Shown in pieces: positions 50,889 through 59,922 of a DNA stretch of 64,000 bases (its first letter is position 1; the number at the start of each line of letters is the position of its first letter). Both the position numbers and the translations under genes were made by a program. The stretch is from Gammaproteobacteria bacterium. GTDB taxonomy: Bacteria > Pseudomonadota > Gammaproteobacteria > Thiohalospirales > Thiohalospiraceae. Location of the stretch: NCBI GenBank assembly GCA_015490535.1, contig WFXP01000107.1, positions 3,548-67,547 on the forward strand, given 5' to 3'. The notes under the pieces were generated by a model. The model did not search any database, was not told the DNA's origin, and saw only the letters and a list, made by a program, of their open reading frames with translations.

Positions 50889-51347
50889 CTACCTTCCCTG
50901 GTATCCATGGGGTAAACAGATCCGCCGCCCCAGTTCCATGCATTAATTTTAACACCTGCCCGGAGCCGTTGCCGCATAACGGGTGGGGATTTGCTCATGA
51001 TGGTGATGCGGTGACGCCACCGGCGCAGGGGCTGTGCCCGTTCCGCCGGCTGCACCCCCGGCGCCCGGCAACCGAGACCCGTACGGAAACCGGCAAAGGC
51101 AACACCCACACCGGACATGACCCTCCTGCACCCCGGCAATTCAACAAGTTGCCCACATAACATAACTCACCTTCGCACTCTTTGTTATTATCTGGAGAGC
51201 CATGCCGCAGCGGCCACCCCGTCACCTATTCTAGAGGTGTCGAGGCGCTATACAACGCGCGGATGTCATATTTTTGTGGAAAAAGAGCCGGAGTTATCCA
51301 GCATGAAAATTGCGGGGAATTTACATAAATTTTACGATCGCGGATCC

Positions 51348-51700
51348 TAATGCTCTTTCAAAGTAATAAGTTAGGATCCAGAGGGGCGCTGAATCCGGAT
51401 TGGGTCTCCCTCAAATCTTATGGGTGAAATGGTAAATCATCCTTGACAGGCAGAATGCACGCCGGAAGATGGTCGGCAGAAGGGGATTGGGGAGAGTTTG
51501 GGATAGCCGGAGCAGTCGCAATTGGCGCAGCTGGTGGATATCCGCCACTCCCCGGCCTGCCGGCCCCAATCCCCTTCTGGTTAACGATTATGTGGCGTGC
51601 ATTCCGCCTGTCAAGGAGGGAGCCGCTACGCGGTGATTTACCATTTCACCCATACGATTTGAGGAAGACCATCCTAAGTTATAACCTTGAAAGAGTACTA
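51348..51700. mobile_element. family A nested palindromic MITE-like element, full copy
   Basis: TAATGCTCTTTCAAAGTAATAAG...CCTTGAAAGAGTACTA. The left linker carries an extra GCTGAATCCGGATTGGG module. Confidence 0.8.
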
Positions 51701-51766
51701 GGCCACGCGCCGTATCATGATGCGATGTCGAGCAGCATCCGGGAGAAGTGCGGCCACACCCCTCCC

Positions 51767-52384
51767 TCACCTGAGGTTCTCATCCAGGCAATGCTCCCGG
51801 ACACACTCCTGCCGCGTCACACCATCCACCCCGATCCCCCGCAGCTGCTCCTCCAGCTCCTGCAGCAGGGACTCGCTTGTCAGACCGGGGTGGACGGTAA
51901 CACGAAACTGGCAAGCCACCCCGGACTCCCGCAGCAACCGGGCGCTGCGCCACGCCCGCTCGCCGCTGCCGGGCACACCGGTGATGCGCGGATAGTCGGC
52001 CGGGGTGGTCTTGATATCCATCCCGACCCAGTCCAGGTGGGGAAGCAGGGGAACAAGCCGTTCCGGCCAGGGGCCGGCGGTGTGCAGCCCGATCTTGAAT
52101 CCCAGCCTGCGCACCTGCCGCAGCGCTGCGGGCAGCCCCCTCTGCAGGGTCGGTTCACCACCGCTGAACACCACCGCATCCAGCAGCCCCCGGCGGCGGC
52201 GGAGAAATCCGAGGATCTCCTCCCAGGAGAGCGACTTCGCACCCCGGACCGGAAGGAGATGACCGTTCTGGCAGTAGCGGCAGCGCCAGGGGCACCCCTG
52301 GCAGAACACCACCGCCGCCAGCTCACCTGGATAGTCAATGGTGGTCAGACGGGTGAACCCCCCTATCCGCAGGTCGTCCGGCAT
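51767..52384 (-). CDS. nrdG: anaerobic ribonucleoside-triphosphate reductase activating protein
   Basis: 205 aa from the ATG at 52382-52384. Radical-SAM cluster CQGCPWRCRYCQN, SGGEPTLQ. Confidence 0.9.
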   Translation of the reverse strand: MPDDLRIGGFTRLTTIDYPGELAAVVFCQGCPWRCRYCQNGHLLPVRGAKSLSWEEILGFLRRRRGLLDAVVFSGGEPTLQRGLPAALRQVRRLGFKIGLHTAGPWPERLVPLLPHLDWVGMDIKTTPADYPRITGVPGSGERAWRSARLLRESGVACQFRVTVHPGLTSESLLQELEEQLRGIGVDGVTRQECVREHCLDENLR

Positions 52385-52536
52385 TCCCGGAAAAAGGTGC
52401 GTTGGGCGTGCTCCGATCTCTTGCCGGGGTTGAATGCGGACACCGGGCGGTGATAGCCCATGACGCGCGTCCACACCTCACAGCACTGGCGCTCCTCCTC
52501 TTTCAGTTCGATGGTTCTGGTGTCGGGTCGAGACAT
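52363..52536 (-). CDS. 57-aa ORF encoding the NrdD-type glycyl-radical domain, separate from and out of frame with nrdD
   Basis: Own translation: MSRPDTRTIELKEEERQCCEVWTRVMGYHRPVSAFNPGKRSEHAQRTFFRECRTTCG. Contains the RVxGY..PV...N.GK..E glycyl-radical signature. ATG follows GAGGAGGGAG. Overlaps the nrdD 3' end by 34 nt and the nrdG start by 22 nt. Below the 60-aa ORF-track cutoff. Confidence 0.7.
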   Translation of the reverse strand: MSRPDTRTIELKEEERQCCEVWTRVMGYHRPVSAFNPGKRSEHAQRTFFRECRTTCG

Positions 52537-54557
52537 TGCTCCCTCCTCTTGCGTAACCGCAGTTCATCATCACAAACGGGACAAAACCGGTGCTCCCCAT
52601 CCAGATAGCCGTGCCGGGGACAGATGGAGAAGGTGGGGGTGACCGTGATATAGGGCAGCCGGAACCCCTCCAGGGCGCGCCGCACCAAACGGCGGCACGC
52701 CTCGGGGGTACTGATCCGTTCGCTCATGTAAAGATGGAGCACGGTGCCCCCGGTATATTTCTGCTGCAGCTCCTCCTGCCGCTCCAGCGCTTCGAAGGGA
52801 TCATCGCTGAAGCCCACCGGCAGTTGCGTCGAGTTGGTGTAGTAGGGGCGCTCGCGAGTGCCTGCCTGGAGAATTCCTGGAAAGCGCTCCTGATCCCTCC
52901 TGGCAAAACGGTAGGTGGTCCCCTCCGCCGGGGTGGCCTCCAGATTGTACATATGGCCGGTCTCCTCCTGGAACTCCACCATCCGCCCGCGCATGTGATC
53001 CAGCAGCCGACAGGCCAGGGCGTGGCCCGCGGGCGAGGTGATGTCCTCGGCGTCGGCGGTGAAATTACGCACCATCTCGTTGACGCCGTTGACGCCAATG
53101 GTGGAGAAGTGGTTGCGCAGCGTACCCAGATAACGCCTGGTATAGGGGAACAGCCCGGCGTCCATGTGGCGCTGGATCACCTTGCGCTTGATCTCCAGGC
53201 TGCAGCGCGCCAGCTCCAGCAGCTCATCCAGGCGCCGCATGAGCCGCTGTTCGTCGCCCTTGTGCAGGTAGCCCAACCGGGCGCAGTTGATGGTAACCAC
53301 GCCCAGAGATCCGGTCTGCTCGGCCGAGCCGAAAAGGCCATTGCCCCGTTTCAGCAGTTCCCGCAAGTCGAGCTGGAGACGGCAACACATGGAGCGTATC
53401 ATGTTCGGCTTCAGCTCGGAGTTGAGGAAATTCTGGAAATAGGGCAGACCATATTTGGCCGTCATGGCGAACAACCGGTCGGCATTTTCACTCTCCCAGG
53501 GGAAATCCGGGGTGATGTTGTAGGTCGGAATGGGAAACGTGAACACCCTGCCCCTGGCATCACCGGCTGTCATCACCTCGATGTAGGCGCGGTTGATCAT
53601 CTCCATCTCGGGCTGCAGGTCGGCGTAGGTAAACGGCATCTCCTCGCCGCCGACCAGCGGAACCTGCCCGCGCAGATCCTCGGGGCAGACCCAGTCGAAG
53701 GTCAGATTGGTGAACGGAGTCTGGGTGCCCCAGCGGGAGGGGACGTTAAGGTTGTAGATCAGCTCCTGGATGCACTGGCGCACCTCCTCGTAACCGAGCC
53801 CGTCCTTGCGTACAAAGGGGGCCAGATAGGTGTCGAACGAGCTGAACGCCTGGGCACCCGCCCACTCGTTCTGCAGCGTGCCAAGGAAATTTACAATCTG
53901 CCCCACCGCGCTGCTCAGATGTCTGGGCGGCCCCGCCTCCACCTTGCCAGGCACGCCGTTGAGCCCCTCTTCCAGCAACATGCGCAGGGACCAGCCGGCG
54001 CAGTAGCCGGCCAGCATATCCAGATCGTGGATGTGGAGATCTCCTTCCCGATGGGCCTCCCCCACCTCCGGGGGATAAACGTGGTTGAGCCAGTAGTTGG
54101 CGATCATCTTTCCCGAGGTGTTGAGGATCAGTCCGCCGAGGGAGTAGCCCTGATTGGCGTTGGCGCTGACCCGCCAGTCCTCCCGCCGCAGATACTCGTT
54201 GACCGAGGCGGCCACATCCACCAGGGTACGGCGATCCTGGCGCAGCTTGCGGTGCTGCTCCCGATAGATGATGTAGGCGCGCGCCGTCTTCAGATAACCG
54301 GCGGTGATCAGAACCTGCTCCACCACATCCTGGATCCGCTCGATATCCAGTACCCCCTGCCGGCAGATGTGGCCCAGCACCCTGACCACCTCTGCTCCAA
54401 GCCGGTACGCCTCCCCCTCCCCAAGCTCACCGCTCGCCCTGCCGGCGCGGCGTATGGCGGAATCGATCCGGCCACGATCGAAACGGACCCGGAGACCATC
54501 CCGCTGCACCACCCTGGTGGGCAGCCCGCAACCGGCAGAAACACTCTCGGGATACAT
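52503..54557 (-). CDS. nrdD: anaerobic ribonucleoside-triphosphate reductase catalytic subunit (class III), lacking the glycyl-radical C-terminus in this frame
   Basis: ATP-cone N-terminus (VVQRDGLRVRFDRGRIDSAI), class III core, C-terminal zinc-ribbon-like ICPRHGYLDGEHRFCPVC. The ORF then ends 23 codons later without any RVxGY motif. ATG at 54555-54557 preferred. Confidence 0.85.
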   Translation of the reverse strand: MYPESVSAGCGLPTRVVQRDGLRVRFDRGRIDSAIRRAGRASGELGEGEAYRLGAEVVRVLGHICRQGVLDIERIQDVVEQVLITAGYLKTARAYIIYREQHRKLRQDRRTLVDVAASVNEYLRREDWRVSANANQGYSLGGLILNTSGKMIANYWLNHVYPPEVGEAHREGDLHIHDLDMLAGYCAGWSLRMLLEEGLNGVPGKVEAGPPRHLSSAVGQIVNFLGTLQNEWAGAQAFSSFDTYLAPFVRKDGLGYEEVRQCIQELIYNLNVPSRWGTQTPFTNLTFDWVCPEDLRGQVPLVGGEEMPFTYADLQPEMEMINRAYIEVMTAGDARGRVFTFPIPTYNITPDFPWESENADRLFAMTAKYGLPYFQNFLNSELKPNMIRSMCCRLQLDLRELLKRGNGLFGSAEQTGSLGVVTINCARLGYLHKGDEQRLMRRLDELLELARCSLEIKRKVIQRHMDAGLFPYTRRYLGTLRNHFSTIGVNGVNEMVRNFTADAEDITSPAGHALACRLLDHMRGRMVEFQEETGHMYNLEATPAEGTTYRFARRDQERFPGILQAGTRERPYYTNSTQLPVGFSDDPFEALERQEELQQKYTGGTVLHLYMSERISTPEACRRLVRRALEGFRLPYITVTPTFSICPRHGYLDGEHRFCPVCDDELRLRKRREQCLDPTPEPSN

Positions 54558-54586
54558 CTTCCAGCACTCCCCCTTGAAGGCACTAA

Positions 54587-54633
54587 CCACAATATATCGC
54601 GCATTTTCAGCAAATCAACCCTATATATTGTGG
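54587..54633 (-). promoter_or_regulatory. tandem NrdR boxes upstream of nrdD
   Basis: CCACAATATATCGCGC (54587-54602) and ACCCTATATATTGTGG (54618-54633) match the 16-bp NrdR palindrome acaCwAtATaTwGtgt (about 12/14 core positions and 14/16). The starts are 31 bp apart. Confidence 0.6.
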
Positions 54634-54646
54634 TTGCTCGCATATA

Positions 54647-54660
54647 TTGACCTGGATCAA
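54647..54660 (-). promoter_or_regulatory. FNR/ANR-type box upstream of nrdD
   Basis: TTGACCTGGATCAA versus consensus TTGAT-N4-ATCAA (one mismatch), about 95 nt upstream of the nrdD ATG. Confidence 0.5.
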
Positions 54661-54891
54661 CACAGCCCGTCATCCGGATCCATGAAAAGCCGCACGACAG
54701 AAGGTAAAATTCCCGTCTCCCTCCGGAAACAGTATCGGCGGGGGCGGACAGCCGCCGACGAGGGAACTTAAAGCCCCGGACGTTGCCCCACCAATTGACA
54801 GGTCAGAGATCCAGCCACCGGTTTCTCCCATGAGCATCACTCAGCCACAGGCCACCTGCGACCCGGCCCGCACCCTCCAGAGCCACCAACC

Positions 54892-56352
54892 GTGCCGCCC
54901 ATGTTTCGCTCACCCATCCTGATTCTGTTGCTCATTCTGGGTACCGCCCCATGGCAACAGGCCCACGCCCTTTACGGCGATCTCCCGGAGATGGGCGACA
55001 GCACCGGCAACCTGATGACCCAGGAGGAGGAGCGACGGATCGGGGCGGAGTTCATGCGTAACGTGCGGCAAAGCCTGACCCTGCTGGATGACCCCGAAAT
55101 CAACGGCTATCTGCAGGATCTGGGAAGGCGGCTGGCATCCCACAGCGACCGGCCAGGTGACGAGTTCTCCTTCTTCATAGTCCAGGATCCGCGCATCAAC
55201 GCCTTTGCGGCACCCGGGGGGTACATCGGTATCAATTCAGGGCTAATCCTCAATACCGGCAGCGAGAGCGAGCTGGCCGCCGTGCTGGCTCACGAGATCG
55301 CCCATGTCACCCAGCGCCACCTGGCCCGCGCCAGCGAGGCGGCCAGCCGGATGAACCTGCCCCTTACTGCGGCCATCCTGGCGGCCATCATCCTGGGCGG
55401 GCAGGATCCGGATCTGGCCCAGGCTGCGATCACCGCCGCAGTGGCCGGAGGCACCCAGCGGATGATCAACTTCACGCGCAGCAACGAAAAGGAGGCGGAT
55501 CGGGTCGGGATCCGGCTGCTCCATCAGGCCGGCTTCGACCCCACCGCCATGCCCTCCTTCTTTCGCAAGATGCTCCCCAGCGACCGGCTCTACCGGGAGG
55601 TTCTGCCCGATTTTCTGAAGACCCACCCGGTAACCCTGGAGCGTATCAGCGACTCGGAGAATCGCGCCGCCCAGCTGGGGAAAAGGGTGCGCACCGTCGG
55701 GAACCGCCGCTACCAGCTGATGCGCGCCAAGCTGAAGGTGCTGACGAGCCCCACCCCCATCCAGGCGATAGAGCAGTTCCGCAGCCGTGACGGTGACGCT
55801 GCGAGATACGGCTACGCTCTGGCCCTGAGCCGCGCCGGACGCCACCGGGAGGCGCGGCGTGAAATCGGTGCGCTGCTGGAGCGGAACCCCGCCACCGTGG
55901 CCTACCAGCTCGCCCAGGCACGCATAGAGGCGAACGCGGGCAGGCTGGAACCAGCGCTGGAGATCTACCGTCGCAACCTGCGCCTCTACCCCCTGGACGC
56001 CACCCTCACCATAGAGTACGGCATGGCACTGCTGCAGGCCGGACAGGCCGCGGAGGCTCGGCGGTTGCTGCACCGCTACCTCACCGCCAGGGAGGCGAGT
56101 CCGAGAATCTACCGCATGCTGGCGCAGGCGGAGAAGGCGGCCGGCTATCCGGTGGCCTCGTTCCGCGCCATGGCGGAGTACTACTACCTGGAAGGGTTGA
56201 CGCTGGAGGCCCTGCGCCAGCTGCGCCATGCCCTGGCGGTGGAGGGGATCAGCGAGTACGACTCCGCCGCCATCCAGGCGCGCATACGCCAGCTACGCCA
56301 ACAGGCCGCCCTGGAGGCGGAGTCCCGCAGAGAAAAACAGAAGCCACGCTGA
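54892..56352 (+). CDS. bepA: M48 metalloprotease with TPR domain (BepA/YfgC-like)
   Basis: Signal peptide, HEIAHV zinc motif, C-terminal TPR repeats. ATG at 54901 is an alternative start. Confidence 0.85.
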   Translation: MPPMFRSPILILLLILGTAPWQQAHALYGDLPEMGDSTGNLMTQEEERRIGAEFMRNVRQSLTLLDDPEINGYLQDLGRRLASHSDRPGDEFSFFIVQDPRINAFAAPGGYIGINSGLILNTGSESELAAVLAHEIAHVTQRHLARASEAASRMNLPLTAAILAAIILGGQDPDLAQAAITAAVAGGTQRMINFTRSNEKEADRVGIRLLHQAGFDPTAMPSFFRKMLPSDRLYREVLPDFLKTHPVTLERISDSENRAAQLGKRVRTVGNRRYQLMRAKLKVLTSPTPIQAIEQFRSRDGDAARYGYALALSRAGRHREARREIGALLERNPATVAYQLAQARIEANAGRLEPALEIYRRNLRLYPLDATLTIEYGMALLQAGQAAEARRLLHRYLTAREASPRIYRMLAQAEKAAGYPVASFRAMAEYYYLEGLTLEALRQLRHALAVEGISEYDSAAIQARIRQLRQQAALEAESRREKQKPR

Positions 56353-56353
56353 G

Positions 56354-57196
56354 ATGCCCGAGGGACCGGAGATCAGGCGTGCCGCGGACCGGCTGGAGGA
56401 GATCCTCTGCGGCAAGGGGGAGACGAGGGTCTGGTTCGCCTTTCCGCACCTGAAACGGTTCGAGCAGCGGCTGGAGGGCGCCCGGGTGGTGGCAGTGGAG
56501 ACCTACGGCAAGGCGATGCTGACCAAGTTTGACAACAACCTGAACATCTACAGCCACAACCAGCTCTACGGCCGCTGGTACTGCTGCGACCCGGCCGCAC
56601 CACCCCGCACCGGTCGCCGGTTGCGGCTGGCGATCCACACCAGCGGCCAATCGGCTCTTCTCTACAGCGCCTCCGAAATCGAGGTGCTGGAGAGCGGGGC
56701 CGTGGCAGACCATCCCTTTCTCTCCCGGCTCGGGCCGGACCTGCTCTCCCCGGAGACCTCCCTGCCGAAGGTGATGGAGCGCCTCGGGGAGCGCCGCTTC
56801 CGCAACCGGCGGCTGGGGCGTCTGCTCACCGAGCAGTCATTCGTGGCCGGTCTGGGAAACTACCTGCGTTGCGAGATCCTGTTTGTCGCCGGACTCGCAC
56901 CCTCGTGCCGCCCTGCGGATCTGGACCCCGGCCGGATAGAGTTGCTGGCGCGCACCATGCTGGAGCTGCCCCGGCAATCCTATGAAACGGGCGGGATAAC
57001 CAACCACCTGCCGCGCGCCCGCAGAATGCTGGCGGAGGGCAGCACCTTCGAGGAGGCGCGCTTCCATGTGTTCCGCCGCAACGGCAAACCCTGCTACCGC
57101 TGCGGCACCACCATCCTGCGCAGCGACCAGGGAGGACAGGCCACCTGGTTCTGCCCCGGCTGCCAGGCGGGATCCCTCCCGCAACGGGCGGGCTGA
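56354..57196 (+). CDS. nei: endonuclease VIII (Fpg/Nei family DNA glycosylase)
   Basis: 280 aa from MPEGPEIRR (catalytic N-terminal Pro), H2TH region, C-terminal zinc finger CYRCGT...CPGCQ. The ATG lies 1 nt after the bepA stop. Confidence 0.85.
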   Translation: MPEGPEIRRAADRLEEILCGKGETRVWFAFPHLKRFEQRLEGARVVAVETYGKAMLTKFDNNLNIYSHNQLYGRWYCCDPAAPPRTGRRLRLAIHTSGQSALLYSASEIEVLESGAVADHPFLSRLGPDLLSPETSLPKVMERLGERRFRNRRLGRLLTEQSFVAGLGNYLRCEILFVAGLAPSCRPADLDPGRIELLARTMLELPRQSYETGGITNHLPRARRMLAEGSTFEEARFHVFRRNGKPCYRCGTTILRSDQGGQATWFCPGCQAGSLPQRAG

Positions 57197-57333
57197 CGGG
57201 GCGCACAGTGGCGGAGGGTTCCGGCACACCTCAATCCACTTCTCCCCCCTGACGAACACCCCGCCCGCCGTGGGCGGGCCGTCATCCAGCCTGCTCCATC
57301 CGGGGAGGAGCCCGAGAGCGTGGCAGGACAGGG

Positions 57334-57672
57334 ATCCTCCTTTCAAGGTAAAAAATCAGGAACTCTTCCTCAAAGCGTGTGGGTGAAATGGTAAATCATC
57401 CTTGACAGGCAGAATGCACGCTGGAAGATGGTCGGCAGAAGGGGATTGGGGAGAGTTTGGGATAGCCGAACCAGTTGCAATGGGCGCAGGTGGTGGATAT
57501 CCGCCACTCTCCAGCCCGGACAGCCCCAATCCCCTTCTGGTTACCGATTATGTGGCGTGCATTCTGCCTGTCAAGGATGATTTACCATTTCACCCACACA
57601 CTTAGAGGAAGACCCCGTCAGGATTCAGCATCCCTCCAACCGAATCCTGATTTACCACCTTGAAAGAGTCCT
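57334..57672. mobile_element. family A nested palindromic MITE-like element, full copy with degenerate outer ends
   Basis: CCTCCTTTCAAGGTAAAAAATCAGGAACTCTTCC...CCTTGAAAGAGTCCT. The right linker carries the GCTGAATCCTGACGGGG module. Confidence 0.75.
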
Positions 57673-57675
57673 GTT

Positions 57676-57700
57676 TTCCAATACCATGCTGAACAGTCAG
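57676..57700. repeat. family B repeat fragment
   Basis: TTCCAATACCATGCTGAACAGTCAG matches the TTTCAATACCATGCTGAATAGTTAC end of family B. Abuts the family A copy and overlaps the stop codon of the next gene. Confidence 0.55.
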
Positions 57701-58140
57701 CCCTCCTTTTTCATTCCCTCCAGAATCTCCACCGCGCCACCCACCAGGGCGGGACATACCTTCCGGAACAGCCCCTCCTCCACGGCGCGCCGATACCCAT
57801 CCGGGGTGCCGATGTCACACCCCAGCAGGGCGCTGCACTCCACCGAACCATGGCGCTCCTGAAACCGGTTGAGAAACTCCCGCACCAGGTAGTAGGTCTC
57901 CTCCTTGGAGGCCACGTCGTTCACCTCCGTGGGTCCCTTCTTCAGGCCGATCACCAGTATGGCCCCGGTTACCGCCCCGCAGGTATGGGCGGTTCGTCCC
58001 ATCCCCCCTCCCAGGCCGGTGGCCAGCTTCAGGGCCAGTTCGCGCTCCAGCCCCTCCTCCTCACAGTAGGCGGACAGAACAGCCTGGGAGCAGAGAAACC
58101 CGTCGCAAAAGCTGGCAACCGCCTCATCGTTCTTGTCCAT
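57697..58140 (-). CDS. C_GCAxxG_C_C family protein
   Basis: 147 aa. FLCSQAVL...GGGMGRTAHTCGAVTGA...C...C pattern defining the C-GCAxxG-C-C family. Confidence 0.8.
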   Translation of the reverse strand: MDKNDEAVASFCDGFLCSQAVLSAYCEEEGLERELALKLATGLGGGMGRTAHTCGAVTGAILVIGLKKGPTEVNDVASKEETYYLVREFLNRFQERHGSVECSALLGCDIGTPDGYRRAVEEGLFRKVCPALVGGAVEILEGMKKEG

Positions 58141-58146
58141 CTCGCT

Positions 58147-59193
58147 TCACCCCTCCGCAATCAACTCCGCTACCCCCCGCGTGGCGGGATTCAGCACCAC
58201 GCCCCTCTCGGTAACTATAGCATCTATGAGGGACGCGGGCGTTACGTCAAACGAGGGGTTCCAGGCGGCCGCCCCCTGCGCCGCAACCGGCTCCCCCCCC
58301 AGCTCCAGCAGCTCCCGCCCGGGCCTCTGCTCAATGGGGATGGAGGAGCCGTCCGGGGTGAGCGGGTCGATGGTTGAGGTGGGCGCCACCACCATGAACT
58401 TCACGCCGTGATGACGGGCGGAAACCGCGGTGCTGTAGGTGCCAATCTTGTTGGCCACATCCCCGTTGGCGGCGATCCGGTCCGCACCCACCACCACCCA
58501 GCCAATCCCTCCCTGTCTCATCAGCCAGGCTGCGGCGCCGTCGGCCAGCAAGGTCACCGGGATACCATCCTGCACCAGCTCCCAGGCGGTAAGACGCGCC
58601 CCCTGCAGCCAAGGACGGGTCTCGCCGGCATACACATGTCCGATGCGCCCGGCAGCGTAGGCGGTGCGGATCACCCCCAGGGCAGTACCAAAACCACCGG
58701 TGGCCAGGGAACCGGTGTTGCAATGGGTCAGCACCGCACAGCGCTCCTCGATCAGGGCGGCCCCCAGCTCTCCCATGCGCCGGTTGGCGTCCACATCCTC
58801 TGCGTGAATGCGCCTGGCCTCTTCAAGCAGCACCCCTCCGGGATCCCCTTCCGCCCGATCCGCCACCGCCTCCATGCGCTTCAGGGCCCAGCACAGGTTG
58901 ACGGCGGTGGGACGGGCGGCGGCCAGCAGCTCCAGATCCCGCTCCATCTCCCCGCGCCAGCCGGCCGGGCTGCGCTGCCACGCCCTGCGCGCCGCAAGCA
59001 CCACTGCGTAGGCGGCGGCCACTCCTATGGCCGGGGCGCCGCGCACCACCATGTCGCGGATTGCGGCAGCCACCGCGGCCGGCCTGTCCAGCTCCAGGAA
59101 CTCCTGATGCCGCGGCAGCAGACGCTGATCCAGCAGGCGCAGGGCGGAACCGCGCCACTCCACGGCGCGAACGGTGTCGGGGGGGTGATTCAT
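58147..59193 (-). CDS. mtnA: S-methyl-5-thioribose-1-phosphate isomerase
   Basis: 348 aa from the ATG at 59191-59193. eIF-2B/MtnA family motifs ([25 protein letters not shown]). Confidence 0.9.
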   Translation of the reverse strand: MNHPPDTVRAVEWRGSALRLLDQRLLPRHQEFLELDRPAAVAAAIRDMVVRGAPAIGVAAAYAVVLAARRAWQRSPAGWRGEMERDLELLAAARPTAVNLCWALKRMEAVADRAEGDPGGVLLEEARRIHAEDVDANRRMGELGAALIEERCAVLTHCNTGSLATGGFGTALGVIRTAYAAGRIGHVYAGETRPWLQGARLTAWELVQDGIPVTLLADGAAAWLMRQGGIGWVVVGADRIAANGDVANKIGTYSTAVSARHHGVKFMVVAPTSTIDPLTPDGSSIPIEQRPGRELLELGGEPVAAQGAAAWNPSFDVTPASLIDAIVTERGVVLNPATRGVAELIAEG

Positions 59194-59320
59194 GGCTGCT
59201 GTCTCGCTACGGCGGTAAAGTTGCGACTGGAATGTTCCGAAACCAACTGGTATTGACCCGGTGGCACAACATGTCGTTTTCAGCCGTCGGGCGCCCGCTG
59301 AACGGGGCTTTAACATCGGT

Positions 59321-59643
59321 TAGTATCAAGGTGATAAACCAGGAAGCTCTTCATCAAATCGTGTGGGTAAAATGGTAAATCATCCTTGACAGGCAGAATG
59401 CACGCCGGAAGATGGTCGGCAGAAGGGGATTGGGGAGACTTTGGGATAGCCGCACCAGTAGCAATTGGCACGGGTGGTGGATATCCGCCACTCCCCATCC
59501 CGGACAGCCCCAATCCCCTTCTGGTTACCGATTATGTGGCGTGCATTCTGCCTGTCAAGGACGGAGCCGCTGCGCGGTGATTTACCATTTTACCCACACG
59601 ATTTGATGAAGAGCTTCCTGATTTATCACCTTGAAAGAGTACT
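59321..59643. mobile_element. family A nested palindromic MITE-like element, full copy
   Basis: TAGTATCAAGGTGATAAACCAGGAAGCTCTTCATCAAATCG...CGATTTGATGAAGAGCTTCCTGATTTATCACCTTGAAAGAGTACT. Lies 25 bp from tRNA-Ser. Confidence 0.8.
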
Positions 59644-59667
59644 GGTAACAGGCCACCGGGCAAAAAA

Positions 59668-59757
59668 TGGCGGAGGGTCAGGGATTCGAACCCTGGATGG
59701 GCGTGAACCCATGCCGGTTTTCAAGACCGGTGCTTTCAACCGCTCAGCCAACCCTCC
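59668..59757 (-). tRNA. tRNA-Ser (anticodon UGA)
   Basis: Manual fold of the reverse complement: acceptor GGAGGGT/ACCCTCC, anticodon stem CCGGT/ACCGG with loop CTTGAAA, long variable arm ATGGG/CCCAT, T-arm CAGGG-TTCGAAT-CCCTG, encoded CCA. Confidence 0.9.
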
Positions 59758-59922
59758 GGATTGCCGGCCGGAAGCCGCGTTCAGGCCCCGGCACGGAGGG
59801 ACAAGGCTACCTAAAGTACGGTCAAAATTCCAGAACTTGATATTCACGCCGGTTGCGGTATGCTTGAACCAAGCAGAACCAAAGCTGTCATATCTGTAGC
59901 TGTTCCATCACAGGAGGAGTAA

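Noticed and set aside
52506-52563. Programmed -1 ribosomal frameshift joining nrdD to the glycyl-radical ORF.
   Set aside because: No slippery X XXY YYZ heptamer or obvious downstream pseudoknot lies in the only window where a switch could occur. A separate initiation site (SD plus ATG) is a simpler reading, although an indel remains possible.
59194-59320. Possible SAM-type riboswitch in the mtnA leader.
   Set aside because: Only generic GC hairpins are present. I could not identify any SAM-I, SAM-II or SAM/SAH conserved core by eye.
59386-59580. 60-90 aa ORFs inside family A repeats on both strands (for example MTGRMHAGRWSAEGDWG..., also 31825-32019, 48504-48739, 51443-, 57402-57605), which look like a conserved small-protein family.
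   Set aside because: They arise on both strands because the DNA is palindromic. Indels between copies shift the frame: the peptide after ...PAPIA differs between copies. Start and stop positions are not conserved. They are better explained as non-coding repeats.
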